Shown: positions 39,905 to 53,602, counted from the first letter of the stretch. The stretch: 64,000 bases of DNA from Eledone cirrhosa (GCA_964016885.1 OZ024745.1:102424001-102488000), one strand, 5' to 3'. The notes: generated from the letters alone by a model not told the origin. Numbers and translations: made by a program.

Positions 39905-40289
39905 CTTTTACTTGTTATTATAACTACTTTTACTGCTATTGTAACTATTTTACTGCTATTATAACTACTTTTACTGCTATTGTAACTACTTTTACTGTTA
40001 TTGTAACTACTTTTACTGCTATTGTAACTACTTTTACTGCTATTGTAACTATTTTACTTGTATTATAACTACTTTTACTGTTATTGTAACTACTTTTACT
40101 TGTATTATAACTACTTTTACTGTTATTGTAACTATTTTACTGTTATTGTAACTATTTTACTTGTATTATAACTATTTTACTTGTATTATAACTACTTATA
40201 CTGCTATTGTAACTACTTTTACTTGTATTATAACTACTTATACTGCTATTGTAACTACTTTTACTGCTATTGTAACTACTTTTACTGCT
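39905..40289. repeat. 21-bp minisatellite (TTTTACTGCTATTGTAACTAC consensus), about 18 copies
   Basis: Direct inspection; variant units interleaved. Confidence 0.92.
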
Positions 40290-41714
40290 CTTCAAACTTT
40301 GACAATTTCATGCCTGCACTCATTTTATCAAATCATTCAATAACATCAACTATGTTACTTCTCTCAGCTCACATTGTGTTTTTTCTGGACTGAATGCTAC
40401 CCTAAATATGACATGCAGTTCTTTTAAAAACTGCCCCCATGCACAACTCTTTTACAATATAATTTCATTACACATTAAAACTCAATTCTACAAACCCCAT
40501 ATTAATTGAACCACTATTAGTTTTGTCTTTTGACTATACACACTCTGGCTAACAATCAATTTTGTATTGACTATACTTCTGATCTAGTTTTAGTTCTTAA
40601 TGTCGGACACATCATTTGATACAATTCTGTATATAGACTCTCTATATATATATAGTAGACAAATACTATCATTTTTATTATTGTAGTTATTATTTGGCTC
40701 TCACTGAGGGTACCTAGGATCAAATACATTCCTTTCATAATCATTTCAATATTTTTCAGTTATAGTGTACCTTGGCTAACACTATCCAAAGTAACCTTTT
40801 TAAAGACAATAGGGCGTAAATTGAAGGGGATTTTATTATTTCTAGGAGGTTGAACTATTTGAGGTAAGGATTTGATCGACCTTATAATCAGAGAGTTTTG
40901 GTTAAATAATAATGCCTTGGCAACTTCACACATGCCATTTATAGGCTAATATATTCAAACTTTCTCAAACATCTCACTGAAGATAATATGCAACAACAGG
41001 ATTGGTGAAACATCTCTGCAGTTTCTACTTCGATTCAAGCTGCTGAATATGCTATTATAGCTGAACATACACTAACATAGTTAATTATATGGTTGGCCCA
41101 TTTGAATTTAGCAAACCTTTGCTTTCATTGTTCAGTTGAATAATACTTTATTCACACAAAGCTGATCAGTAAAGTAGGAAAATACGAATGAACCATTAAT
41201 TTTTCATTGGAGAAGTTTTTGTTTTATAGCTGATGTTCATTTTAAGGTTTATGGTCTGTTTATTCCAATGGAATTTCTAATTAATAAAGGTAATTAATTT
41301 TATGGCTCTCTTAAAAATTTTCTTTTCTGTTTTGCAAGAAATAATCTCATTTTACATTAGGTTGCACAACTCTTTAGCAAATGCTGATGTCATTGTATAG
41401 CTCCAGACCAGCTCTGATCAAGCAGATAAACCTCCAGCATTTAGGTAGGTAATGAGCCAAAGGACTAGCCAAAAACTAGAGATCTGTTCTGGATATATTA
41501 TGCCTGTAACTTATGCATTGTGAATCTGTACATGGAAACTTCTTCAAGGTCTGCCTGGGAAAGGTTGATTTTTGTGGAAGAATAGCAGTTACCCAAACAT
41601 CTCCATGCCATATGGACATTTTTTTTCTAGGTGGATACCTAGGCATTCTTTTTTTTTTTTTTTTTTGCAAAGACCGGCTTGTTATCATGCAATTCTCCCT
41701 TCTGCAAACCACTT

Positions 41715-42085
41715 ATGTTAGTGAAGCATACTCCATTGGATGTGTGATGTCAGTGTATCAACAACAAAGCTTGGACGAGATGAGAGAAAAATTGGGTAAA
41801 AGATAAATCAACAGTGTCATGCAAGAGAGAAGGCTATGCTGGTATAGACATGTAACATATATATAAATAACGATCTTTGAGTGAAGAAGAGCTAGGTGTT
41901 TCAAGTGGATAGAAGTAACAGAACAGGAAAACCAAGGAAGATGTGGACAGAAGTAGGGAAAGCTAACCTCAGATGCTGAAACTCACAAGAAAACGAAAAG
42001 TGATGAAGGTTAGCTGTAATGAAAATAACTCGAACCCATGCAAGCATGGAAAAGTGAATGTACAAATGATGATGATGATGATAAT
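41715..42085 (+). mobile_element. decayed RTE 3' end
   Basis: Remnants of L.WM..VS...REKLG..RRLCWYRHV..GKPRK.W.EV, then CCCATGCAAGCATGG..(GAT)n. Confidence 0.65.
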
Positions 42086-42926
42086 GATATATACAAAGCA
42101 ATTGGATGATCATGACTGAAATGACTTTCATTACATGTCTCCTTGATCATGACAGATGCAGGGTTAAATAACAAAACAAAAGACCTAGTTTGCAGAATTG
42201 ATTCACATGAATAAATTGTTATTTGCCATTTCAATCTTTTTTAGTGTCTTTAATATTTCCTTCTAAAGGGAAGTCAATACAAGCAATATAGAGAAATTTG
42301 ATTCATCTCCAATACAATTTTTATATTTTTTTAGGCATATGTTCTTCCTTTTAGTATATTTTGTTAATTATTTAGTGGTGATAAAACACTTCAAAACAAT
42401 ATACTGGTTCACTACCACAAATAAACCAATATAAAATTCCTGGCATATTAGTGTCAGCTCAGATGTAGCATTTAATCAACATTTCATAAATAGTCACTCT
42501 AGCTTTATTGTGTTTTGGCTGTTGTTCACAAAATTTGAAATATAAAATGTGTAGTGCCGTTTCAAAGAAAGTAGAAACTTTGGTAAGGAGAAATTTGAAT
42601 GCTGCCTTAAAACTGATATTTTCAATTGCTCTCACATGTGCATTCACTCCATTTACACATGCAAACACACACAGATCGTTAGAACTCTGCACACTTACAC
42701 ATGGAAAAATATCCTGATATCATCAATTAGTTCATATTAGTAGATTTATCAACTAGATGAAGACCAAGTGAGATTATTTAATGAGCAAGAGGCTGGAACT
42801 CTTATAGCACCTAAACTTGTGCGTAGGAAGGGAGTGTTGAAGATTAAGATGATGTTGAAAAAGATGACAATACACAACATTTCCCTTATATATATACATA
42901 TAAAGAAAATAAATGGTGTATATATT

Positions 42927-42965
<39 letters not shown>

Positions 42966-42969
<4 letters not shown>

Positions 42970-43301
42970 CCTGTTGATGAATTGAATCCTCTGTTCGATC
43001 ATGAATACCACGAGCTTGCCAGTCACGTAAGTCTGATATTTGATTTCGGATTCATAGAAACACTTTAAACGTATAATCATTTGATTTGTCCAGGTGTATT
43101 TTTCTCAACCTGTTAGTTCTATCGTTAATTTGGTATATTGTGTGTCAGATTTTGCCTACCACAAGGTTAGATTTGTCAAGCTATTTAAACGTATGTTATT
43201 ACTCTAAGGACCTACCTTATTGAGTGCTTTGCTAACTCATCATTTCATATAGTAGGCCGAATTTGCTTGCAAACCGACAGATTCGATTTTACTAAGTATC
43301 C

Positions 43302-43305
<4 letters not shown>
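42966..43305 (+). mobile_element. unique insert within (TA)n carrying the GAGTGCT / TTCGATTTTACT tail (relative ends at about 32160-32255)
   Basis: (TA)n on both sides; CTTATTGAGTGCTT and TTCGATTTTACT..TATC shared with 32163-32248. Confidence 0.5.
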
Positions 43306-43335
<30 letters not shown>

Positions 43336-43379
43336 AAATAACAGGAGGCTAGACTGGTGTAATTCTTTAAAGGTTTATC

Positions 43380-43437
43380 ATACTATGAACATTTCAATGA
43401 CCGGGTTCAGTATGAATCCGGTGACATCATCAGGTAT
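43380..43437 (-). ncRNA. type I hammerhead ribozyme (intact core)
   Basis: Minus strand ATAC-CTGATGA-TGTCACCGGATTCA TAC TGAACCCGGTCATT-GAAA-TGTTCA-TA^GTAT; the base of stem II is imperfect; the insert is flanked by (TA)n and (GA)n. Confidence 0.7.
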
Positions 43438-43556
43438 TCTAAATTTAACAAAGGAATATAATCCATGGGGCTGAAAAGGCTGAAAAGGCGGCCACACATT
43501 TAGCAGTTTCTAGTTCGGTTGGCTGCCTTCGAGAGAGAGAAAGAGAAAGAGAGAGA

Positions 43557-43952
43557 GAGGCACATGGCTTAGTGGTTAGAGCATTGGTCTTGCAATTGAA
43601 AGGTTGTGAGTTCAATTCTCAGACTGGGTGATGTGTTGTTTCCTTGAGCAAGACACTTTATTTCACATTGCTCCAGTTTACTCAGCTGTAGAAATGAGAT
43701 GATAGGGACCGGGGTCCCTATCATTCCACTGCAAAGTGGTCGTGGAGGTGCCACGGCAGAAAAGCACCCAGCCCACACTGTAAAGTGGTCGTGGAGGCGC
43801 CACGGAAAAAAAAAGCACCCAGCACTCACTGTAAATGAGGTTGGTGTTAGGAAGGGCGTTAGGAAGGGCGTCCAGCCAGAATCAAGCCAGAATCAATTCC
43901 CGTTCCACCCTTGCAAGCAGGGAAAAGGGGACGTAAAATGAAATGATGATGA
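43557..43952 (+). mobile_element. tRNA-derived CORE-like SINE with RTE-derived 3' tail
   Basis: A-box TGGCTTAGTGG, B-box GAGTTCAATTCT, CCTTGAGCAAGACACTT core, and a tail matching the RTE end at 29620-29669. Confidence 0.88.
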
Positions 43953-44076
43953 TGATATATATAGTATTCACATACTCAGACCAACTAGCACACAAAAGTT
44001 TCACCATACACATATGACCATATATATATATATATATATAGGGTGGAATATATGTGTGTGAATATATATATATATA

Positions 44077-45216
44077 TGTAGGTAGAAACTCCATTTTATG
44101 TCCCAAATGCAAAGTATGGGTGCATAAAAGATGTAGTGGGATCACAGGTAAGCTAACTAAGAACATAGATTTTACATGTGGCCGGTGCTCTGGTGCAATA
44201 AGTAGCAGCAAGTGCCCACAAAATACTAGCTCCTTCAACTGCGCAGAGGGTTCTATAGAAATAGTGGACAGCTTCCGTTATCTGGGTGACAAAATCAGCA
44301 GTGGGGGAGGGTGCTCTGAAAGTACAGTAGCTAGAGTCAGAACTGGATGGAAAAAGTTCAGAGAGCTTATACCACTATTAGCCGCTAAAAATGAAAGGCA
44401 GGTTATACGATGCCTGCATACGAACAGCAATGCTGCATGGCAGTGAGACCTGGGCATTGTGTGCAGAGGATATACGCAGACTAGAGAGGAACGAAGCTTG
44501 CATGCTCCGCTGGATGTGCAATAGTAATATACGCGAACGGCAAAGCATAAACGAACTAAGGAAAAAATTAGAAATAAGAGGGATCAGATGTTTACTCGAG
44601 AGAAGGCTACGTTGGTACGGTCACGTGATTCGCATGAAAGACGACAGCTGTATAACAAAGTGCAGGGCAATAAAGATAGACGGTAGCCACGGAGTAGGCA
44701 GACCCAGAAAAACATGGGACGAGCTGATAAATTCCGACCTCACACGCTTACACCTCTCCAAGACAATGTCACTGGACCGAGACCTTTGGCGGTACTCAGT
44801 AATAGAGAAGACCCGCCTTACCTAAATACAAAGTAAAAACCTACTACAGTCAGTAGGCACCTCTATCAAAACACACCCCCGTCCCACCACCTCTACCCCA
44901 CCCACACCGCCCCTTTCAATGTAAAGTTATGTTGGTCCCACAACATCCAGGCCGAAACAAATGAGATCGTGTAGGTGTCACGACAAAAAACACACAGTCC
45001 ACGCTGTAAATGTGGCCGTGTAGGCAACACGGTAAAAACCTCCCAGCCCCACACTGTAAATGTGGTTGGTGTTAGGAAGGGCATCCAACTGTAGAAAACC
45101 CGCCAGACAGTCCTATGCGAGCAAGACAACCACTCTTGCCTCAAGTGGGAAAACCCCCGTCCAAACCCATGCAAGCGTGGAACACGGACGCTAAACCTGA
45201 TGATGATGATGATGAT
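44077..45216 (+). mobile_element. 5'-truncated RTE LINE (same subfamily as 15413-18890), including the 3' UTR
   Basis: GRNSILCPKCKVWVHKRCSGI..CGRC, FRYLGDKI, TAMLHGSETW, RLRWYGHV, GRPRKTW; (GAT)n tail. Confidence 0.93.
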
Positions 45217-45664
45217 ATATATATATATAGCTATGCCTAAAGAATCCACAGACACACACAAATAAAAACAAAAAATTCAGACATGTATTTTCACATACAC
45301 ACACTCAGACTTACACACCCTGATGTGTACACACATGCACACAAAAATACACAAAATAATTCACAGGCACACACATATGCACACACAAATACAAAAATGT
45401 CTCAGACACACACGCTCATACATAAACATACAAAAAATATATTCACATAAACATACACACACACACACATATGCATACACGCAAAAACAGAAAAGGATTC
45501 ACGGACACAAACAATACAGAAGGAGGACATGTTTGAAACATCAAACTCTTCTACTCCCTCATAAGCATGAAACTAATAAGACTGTTTTTGCATCTGTGTT
45601 TGTCTTGTCTTCAACTCTACATGAACACCAACCACACATATATCTCTCAACTATATATATATAG

Positions 45665-45890
45665 CGAGAGAAAAAGAGAGATAAGAGAGAGAGAGAAAAA
45701 GAGAGATAAGAGAGAGAGAGCTAAGAGAGAGAGAGAAAAGAGAGAAAAAGAGAAAAAGAGAAAAAGAGAAAAAGAGAAAAAGAAAGAGAAAAAAAGAGAG
45801 AAAGAGAAAAAAAGAGAAAGAGAAAAAAAGAGAGAAAGAGAAAAAAAGAGAGAAAGAGAGAAAGAGAAAGAGAGAGAGAAAAAGAGAGAA
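45665..45890. repeat. GA-rich polypurine repeat
   Basis: Direct inspection. Confidence 0.9.
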
Positions 45891-47361
45891 TTTTTTATAA
45901 ATTTTATCAGAACCAGAATATTAATTGTATAATCTAATGAAGCTGAAACTTATTTATAGGAAGGTGAGGGCTTTTATTATTATATTTATGAGGTCAATAT
46001 GAATTTCAAATCCAAATCTCTAAAATGTTCAGTTATATGACTATGATATAGAAACAATAGATAATATAAGCTTCATGATAATCCTTACATTTTAGGTACT
46101 ATCATACATTTCATTCAGCATTTTGAAGAAATAAAAAGTTTTAATAAAAGCCAATCCAACTGGATAGCAATTACCCTGAAGCTGATAGAATTCCTGATGT
46201 AAAAGAATTGATAAAAAGACTACAAAGTGAAAATCTATCCAGACATGCAAGTATCATGTCAATTTCACTCGATACAGCAGTTCTATAACGTTGTCTATGT
46301 AAGAATTCACAGACAACATAAAATCTGAAAAATAAGATAACTGACAACACAGAAGAATTTATTGAAGCAGAACATTACATCATTCACAATCTAAATGAAG
46401 GGACTCTACCTGCTAAAAATAGAAATAAAATCTCTCTCGAATTACATGCTACTGTCCTATAAATGGGAAGGGCATGACATTGTTATTTAAACTGTTTGAC
46501 ACATGATATAAGAATGGAACTTGATTCAACAGCTATTTTAATGTTATGTTACAATAAATGCAATTTCATAATTTTTAAAATAAAAATTATGCAAATGAAG
46601 TCACAGACACAGACACACAGAGACACGCACAAATGTATATATGAGTTCCAGCAGAGTGCAAGGTAAAGGAGCACTGTCTTGATAACGACCAGATAATGGA
46701 AAGACCAATGCAAATATTGCTTCCTTGGTTCAATCTGGGAATCAGCATTGGTTCCAAACCCTGAACCAAATTAACTGCTGGTTGTGATTGATGAATCAAT
46801 TCTATTTTAAACCCATTATGCTAGAAAGATGTCCACCATCATATGGATATCTTTCTAGAATGCAAAGAAATTCCATATTTACACGCGTGTATCAAAGTGG
46901 CTGATTATGAATATTGTGCATATGTATATTTGATTCATATTAAACAATTATTATGGATACCTAAAGGTATCAAGAAAAAGTGTCACAATAAATGAATAAA
47001 TAAATAAAAAAGAAGCAAATATTAGTTCAAAACTGAAAAAAGTCTATTTAACCAAGAATATTATTTCTAATCAACAGAAGAACAAGCTTTATGTGATTGG
47101 ATAAAGTAAATATCTTAAAATTTCTTCATCAATAATCAAATATTTTATCTAAAATTTATAAATTTCATAGTTTGTTTTATTTTCTTCCTCCAGAGACAAT
47201 TTGCAGCTTAATATAATTCCATATCTGCTGGCAATCTCTTATGTAGCAAAGATTTTATAGATTATTGCGAAAATTGTAAATTAAACTTACTCAGCTAGCT
47301 GTTTTGTTCTTTTCTTATCACAATTCTCATATTTTAATGTTTCATTATTTATATTTGACAA

Positions 47362-47757
47362 GGGCCACAGATTGGCAGTATCAGCAGAACATCGGACAAC
47401 ATGCTTTGTGGCATAAAGTTATGGTTCTTTATGTTCTGAGTTCAAATCCCACCAAGGTTAACTTTGCCTTTCATCCTTACAGGGTTGATAAAATAAAGTA
47501 CCAGTCACACACAGGCATCGATTTAATCGACTTTACCCTCCCCAAAAATCTACCCAGAATCGGTAAAGCGTTGGACACCATGCTTTGCGGCATACAGTTG
47601 CAGCCCTTTACGCTCTGAGTTCAAATCTTGCCAAGGTTAGCTTTGTCTTTCATCCTTACGGGGTCAATAAAATAAAGTACCAGTACTGAACTGGGGTCAA
47701 TATAATTGACTTTCCCCCTCCCCAAAAATTGTTGGCCTTGTGACTAAATCAGAAATA
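47362..47757 (+). mobile_element. two head-to-tail Meta-like SINEs
   Basis: Two B-boxes (about 47438 and 47617) and two ..CTTTCATCCTTAC..ATAAAATAAAGTACCAG blocks. Confidence 0.85.
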
Positions 47758-47918
47758 AATATTTACATTTGACAATAATATACATAACATAGCTGTCATT
47801 ACTGAAAGGTTTCAATGAAATGGTGGGAGTTCCAGTTCAAATGAGAAGAGCTTACTAAATCAATGGTTACCATCATCACCATCATCATCTTCATTTAATA
47901 ATCCTTCCCCCAGTAGTG

Positions 47919-48180
47919 GAGGCATGTGGCCTTGTGGTAAAGATGATGGACTTATGATCATAATGTCGTGGGTTTGATTCCTGGGCTGGGTTGCATGTTG
48001 TGTTCTTGAACAAACACTTTATTTCATGTTGCTCCAGTACACTCAGCTGAAAATGAGTACCAGCAACAGCTGGGGGGTTTAACCCTGCGATGGACTAGCA
48101 TCTTGTCCTGGGGGAGTCTTGTACTCTGTCACTTCACGCCATGAAACTGAGATAAGCACCGGCCTAACGAGCCTTCTGGT
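47919..48180 (+). mobile_element. CORE-like SINE, different tail variant
   Basis: GGAGGCATGTGGCCTTGTGG, GGTTTGATTCC, TTCTTGAACAAACACTTTATTTCATGTTGCTCCAGTACACTCAGCTG. Confidence 0.75.
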
Positions 48181-48351
48181 TTATTGCAAACTTTAGATCT
48201 CCTAGTTAGCATGGGTTGTATTGAGAACCACCGGCCTTGAACAACAGTAACTACAATAACTTCAGCAGTATATTGTAAGAATAACAGCAGCAAATTTTTC
48301 AAGTCAAAACATGTTTCAATAATAAATCAGTAGTGTTATCAACCACATCCT

Positions 48352-49190
48352 CGGTGGTGGTGGTGGTGGTGGTCGTGGTCATGGTGGTAGTAGTAGTAAT
48401 AGTAGAGGTAGTGGTGGTGGTGGTGGTGGTGGTGGTGGTGGTAGTGGTCATGGTGGTAGTAGTAGTAATAGTAGAGGTAGTGGTGGTGGTGGTGGTGGTG
48501 GTGGTGGTCGTGGTCATGGTGGTAGTAGTAGTAATAGTAGAGGTAGTGGTGGTGGTGGTGGTGGTGGTAGTGGTAGTGGTCATGGTGGTAGTAGTAGTAA
48601 TAGTAGAGGTAGTGGTGGTGGTAGTTGTAGTGGTGGTAGTAGTAGTAGTAATAGTAGAGGTAGTGGTGGTGGTGGTAGTTGTAGTGGTGGTAATGGTAGC
48701 AATAGTAGTAGTAATAGTAGGAGCAGTAACATTGGTGGTGGGTGGTGGTGGTGGGTGGTGGTTGTGGTGGTGTGGTGGTGGTGGTGGTGGGTGGTGTGGT
48801 GGTTGTGGTGGTGGTGGTGGTGGTAGTAGTAGTAGCAGCAGCAGCAGTAACAGTGGTGGTGGTGGTGGTGGTGGGTGGTTGTGGTGGTGGTAGTGGTAGT
48901 ATTGGGAGCAATAGTAGAAGTAGTGGTGGTGGTAGTTGTAGTGGTAGTAATGGTAGCAATAGTAGTAGTAATAGTAGGAGCAGTAACATTGGTGGTGGGT
49001 TGCGGTGGTGGTGGGTTGTGGTGGTGGATGGTTGTGGTGGTGGTGTGGCGGTGGTGTGGTTGTGGTGGGTAGTGGTTGTGGTGGTGGTGGTAGTAGTAGT
49101 AGTAGCAGCAGTAACAGTGGTGGTGGTGGTGGTGGTGGTGGTGGTGGTAGCAGTAGCAGTAACAGTGGTGATGGTGGTGGTTGTGATGTT
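48352..49190. repeat. (GGT)/(AGT) trinucleotide low-complexity array with higher-order units
   Basis: Units of about 60 bp (GGTCATGGTGGTAGTAGTAGTAATAGTAGAGGTAGT(GGT)n) followed by a larger duplicated block. Confidence 0.9.
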
Positions 49191-50735
49191 GTCGGTTGAT
49201 ACAATAAAAGCAGTATATTGCAAGAAATGCTGGAAGTACAGCAACAGTTACATTATAATAGGTGGAACAGCCATTGCACTAATAGCTCCAGAAAAGTTGC
49301 TTGAGGTAATAGAAACATGAAATCCAAAGTAAAATTTGATAGAATTGAATACAGAATATACAATTAAATAACTTGATACTATGATGCCTTTAGTGCATAA
49401 TATTTTGTGTTTCAATGGTAAAAGAGGTTTAATTTGTACTCTAATTGTAACTAGTGGAAGCTTTATAAGTCACTTACTTTACATATGTGAGATCATTCTA
49501 TGGACACTTTCCTATTAGTTTCTCTCAATCACATTGTTGATATTCAGTTCATAGTTGAAGGTCCAATGTCACTGTTGTGCCAGCCATCAAATAAGTGTCC
49601 CCTGTCATAGAATTGGATTGTTAATAGAATTTTGTTGTTGAAAACTATAGAAGCTCTTACTTTAGCTAGTCAATCCATGCATCAAATGAAATACTATGAA
49701 ATAAATGTAAACTACATTTACAATATTGTATTTCATCCAACTATTTTTCAAAATCTCTTCATATATTTTTTTCTGTTTAACTCAGTAATATTTAAAGGAT
49801 GATAAATAAGATGCTATAAATTGTAAATGTATTTATTGTATCAGCAAAATTTAACCTTTTTTTTTTTTGACAAAAGTTTATCTAGTGTAGTTTGAAAATT
49901 ATTTTTCTCCTCTCTTACTTTTCTCTATAGCAACTCAGTGCATTATCAATCATTTAGTACATTTACATACTTTTTTCAATGTGCTTTTTAATCCATTGAA
50001 ACTAGTTAGAGCTTTCTACAAAATCTTTTTCACCTACCACTTCTTATTTTCTTCTTAAAATGAAAAGGCTTCAAGCTCTTTTTGTAATAGTGTAGGTACT
50101 AAGCAAAATGTAGTTCTAGTTACAGTATTTCATCCATATTTGCAAGAAGCATTTCATTTCAATTATTTTTCCATCTCAATTTTTAATAGATTGTATTGCA
50201 GTTGAAGATGATGTCATCTGTCTTTTATTCTTATTGCCAGTTTGTCTTAAAAATGTTCCTGATGTTTCCTTTATTACAAAAGAATGCTCTAAATCCTTCT
50301 CAGACCATTTATGTAAATATCAATTATTTCAAGTTTTTTTATCTAAAGTGTTGCTTTCTTTAAAATTGGACATTCTCACTTTTATTCATTTTCATATCCA
50401 TTGTTATCAGATATTTTAAAATATTTTAACATGAAAATTTAAGGAAAAGGTCTGTGATGCATGAGAGAGGAAAAATAACTCAAACTTCTTTCTCTTCTGC
50501 TGAGAGTCAACTGCCATGTGATTTGTATGCAGGGCAAATACCAGCACACAGCTCTCTCTTTGGCTTAACTAGCTGACCGACTAACGTTACTTGATCACTC
50601 ACCAGCAGTGACCATCTCAGTAGAAGCATTTCTGTTGTAGCGAGGGTATCTTAAATGAAATCTCCCTTGTTTGAAATAAAAATAGTTTGCAAAGTATAAG
50701 TTATGTTAGCACACAATATTCTAAATGAAACCATA

Positions 50736-50909
50736 TTAAGTCTTTAGCATTTACATTACTCTCTATATTCTATTGTCGAATTTATGAGATTTTGATATTT
50801 ATTTTGAGAACAATACCTTAACATCAGTATGAGTGGCCAGTTATGGCCAGTTTGAACAAAAAGAGAGAATTCTGGCCAGATATGGCTGGTTTAAATGCTA
50901 AAGGGTTAA
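50736..50909. mobile_element. piggyBac-like MITE copy
   Basis: TTAAG/TCTTTAGCATT ... AATGCTAAAGGG-TTAA; interior similar to 11237-11446. Confidence 0.78.
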
Positions 50910-51620
50910 GATATCGCTGTATACACGTGTGTGTATGCATACCTTTTGTTGATATAAATTGGCAAAAGCTATAAATCAGTGAAAAATCAACACAAAAGCT
51001 GATTTATTAATAACATTTTTTATATTTCATCTATAACAAGTTCCAGACACTCCCTCATAACTTTAGTTGGTAATAATTACAGTAAATCGCTGATTGTCTC
51101 TTTAGAAACTTATAATCTATGATGCTTTTGTTCACCAATTGCCATATAAAACAAACAAAATAAACAGGAGTAGCAAGATCATTTAAAAATTTTCATTGAA
51201 TTTCTGAAAAGATTTTTTTCTAAATCTTCAAATTGTTCAGCAAAATCTTCAAAAATTTCTTAGAAACTTCAATGTACCAAAGTATCCAAATATATCATTT
51301 AGTTTGTAATAAACTGTTGTCCATTGTGAAATGTTTTCATAAAAGCTTTGATTTTCAGTAAGAGTTTCAATAGTATTAAAATCAGACAAATCACTACACT
51401 TGTCATATCACTTCTGGTGTCATTTGATTTCTTGTTGGTCGTTATATTAAAGTTTAACTTTCTATTCTTGTTCATTGGATTATTACTTGACTTGTACATA
51501 AAATACATCAGATGACAGACAACAATATGTAGAAGCAGAAGAAAATATCTGTATAGATTTTCAATAGTTTCAAAGAAAATTCCATTACAATATATATATT
51601 GTAGCACATATATATATATT

Positions 51621-51956
51621 GGAGGCACATGGTTTAGTGGTTTGAGCATTGGCCTTGCAATCGAAAGGTTGTGAGTTCAATTCTCAGACCGGGTGATGTG
51701 TTGTTTCCTTGAGCAAGACACTTTATTTCACATTGCTCCAGTTTACTCAGCTGTAGAAATGAGATGATAGGGACTGGGGTCCCTATCATTCCACTGCAAA
51801 ATGGACGTGGAGGTACCACGGCAAAAAGCACCCAGCACTCACTGTAAATGAGGTTGGTGTTAGGAAGGGCATCCAGCTGTAGAAATCAAGCCAGCATCAG
51901 TTCCCGTCCCACCCTTGCAAGCTGGGAAAAAGCGGACGTAAAATGAAATGAAATGA
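51621..51956 (+). mobile_element. CORE-like SINE with RTE tail
   Basis: Highly similar to 43557-43952. Confidence 0.88.
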
Positions 51957-52783
51957 TATATATATATATAAACTTTCTTAGGAAAATAAGGAATAATTTG
52001 AGGGAGGTTTAGTTGCTATTTTTAGCGGTTGAACAACCATAAAGAAGCTCACCTATAGACTCATGCACATCATGGATTTTATTAATATCAAAATAAAATA
52101 TCAATTATATCAAAATAAATCCTTTTTAATTTGAAAAGTTCAACTATTGCTTATATCTACCTACCCACCCATGGACCCAGAGCTCCTGATTGAGTCAAAG
52201 TAGCACATACTAGGGTGTCTGAACCTAGTCAATCCCATCCCATTCCAGTTTGGAATACAGCCCATTTCTTCCAGAGAAATAAGGAGAGGAAGAACGAGAT
52301 AGAAGAAGCATCAACCTCAAAACTGGACTGGTATTTATCAATCCTAAAAAAAAGATCAAAGTTGACTTGTGTGTGATTTGAACTTAGGGTGTAGGTAGCC
52401 AGAACAACTTGTACAAAGTGTTCTATCTGACATTCAAATGACTACCAATTCATTACCTTACATCTGCTTATGGATACTGGTTCAGATCTGACATTTTCCC
52501 TCCTTGCCACACAAACGTTATGGAAACAAATACTTAAGTAATTTAAAATATCAACACTATTGTTCTTCATAGTCAGTTAGAAAATCCCTTGAAAATGATT
52601 GGAGAATTGAACTCAGAAGAGATTTGAATATAGCTAAATAATACCAAGTTTAATGCACTACAAATGTTTGCCAATCTAAAACAACAAATATAAAACCGTA
52701 TAAAATGGCTTCCTATACGTAGAGATGCTGCATTAAATCCCTTCAATTATATAGTTGCTTAAAATTGCAAAACAGAAAATTAT

Positions 52784-52820
<37 letters not shown>

Positions 52821-53396
52821 AATTAAAAATAAAACTAAAATTGCAATGCTTAAAATTGAACAAAAAATAATTCTTTTTAAATGACAATACCAAGTAAAAT
52901 ATAGCATAAATAAAAGAAAATGTCTTTTTTTATTTCAACAAGCCCTAATGTACCATATTCTTCAGAGTAAATTGATATGGAATCAATAAGGAAATACAGA
53001 ATGTAATTAAATTTTCCAGATTGTGCAACTTCCAAAAATAATCAATGGTTTGTTGGTTATTTTCTTAACTTTTTTTTTTACCAATATTGCAATTGAAATA
53101 TTCTTGGTCTGATTCACACTCTCAGTGTTAAAAGATGCCAGTTAATTCTCACCTATAATTTGAACTCTTAAAATCTGTAGCTAACTGGTTAAGATACTTT
53201 GAATAAGGTGATAAAAGACAATAAGAATAACCTAAAATATCTAAACAAAACTGTTTAGTCTTTGTTTAATATGCTGTAGAGAGAGAGAGAGAAAGAGTGT
53301 GTGTACGTATGTGCGTGCGCGCACGCACGCTTACATCCATGTTTGTGAAATTAGTAAATAAAGGTAAAAAGAAACCTAAAATCATTTACATGGTGT

Positions 53397-53602
53397 TTAA
53401 CCTGTTAACATTTAAACCGGCTGTATCTAGCCAGAATTCTCTCACCTCTTTCTGTTCAAACCGGCTATAACTGATTGCTCATATTTATGTTAAGTTATTG
53501 TTCTCAAAATAAATTACATCAAAATCTTTTAGATTCGATAATATGTGAGATAAAGCCTTTATCACAAAAATACAATAACAAGTATAGAGTAATTGCTAAA
53601 GG
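53397..53602 (-). mobile_element. piggyBac-like MITE copy (reverse)
   Basis: TTAA-CCTGTTAACATTTAAACCGGCTGTATCTAGCCAGAATT...TTGCTAAAGG. Confidence 0.65.

Noticed and set aside
45567-45932. Lys/Glu/Arg-rich ORF (also 55013-55345)
   Set aside because: Products of (GA)n polypurine tracts
51299-51600. 116-aa minus-strand ORF
   Set aside because: Starts inside a SINE, AT-rich, no motif or clear splice signals
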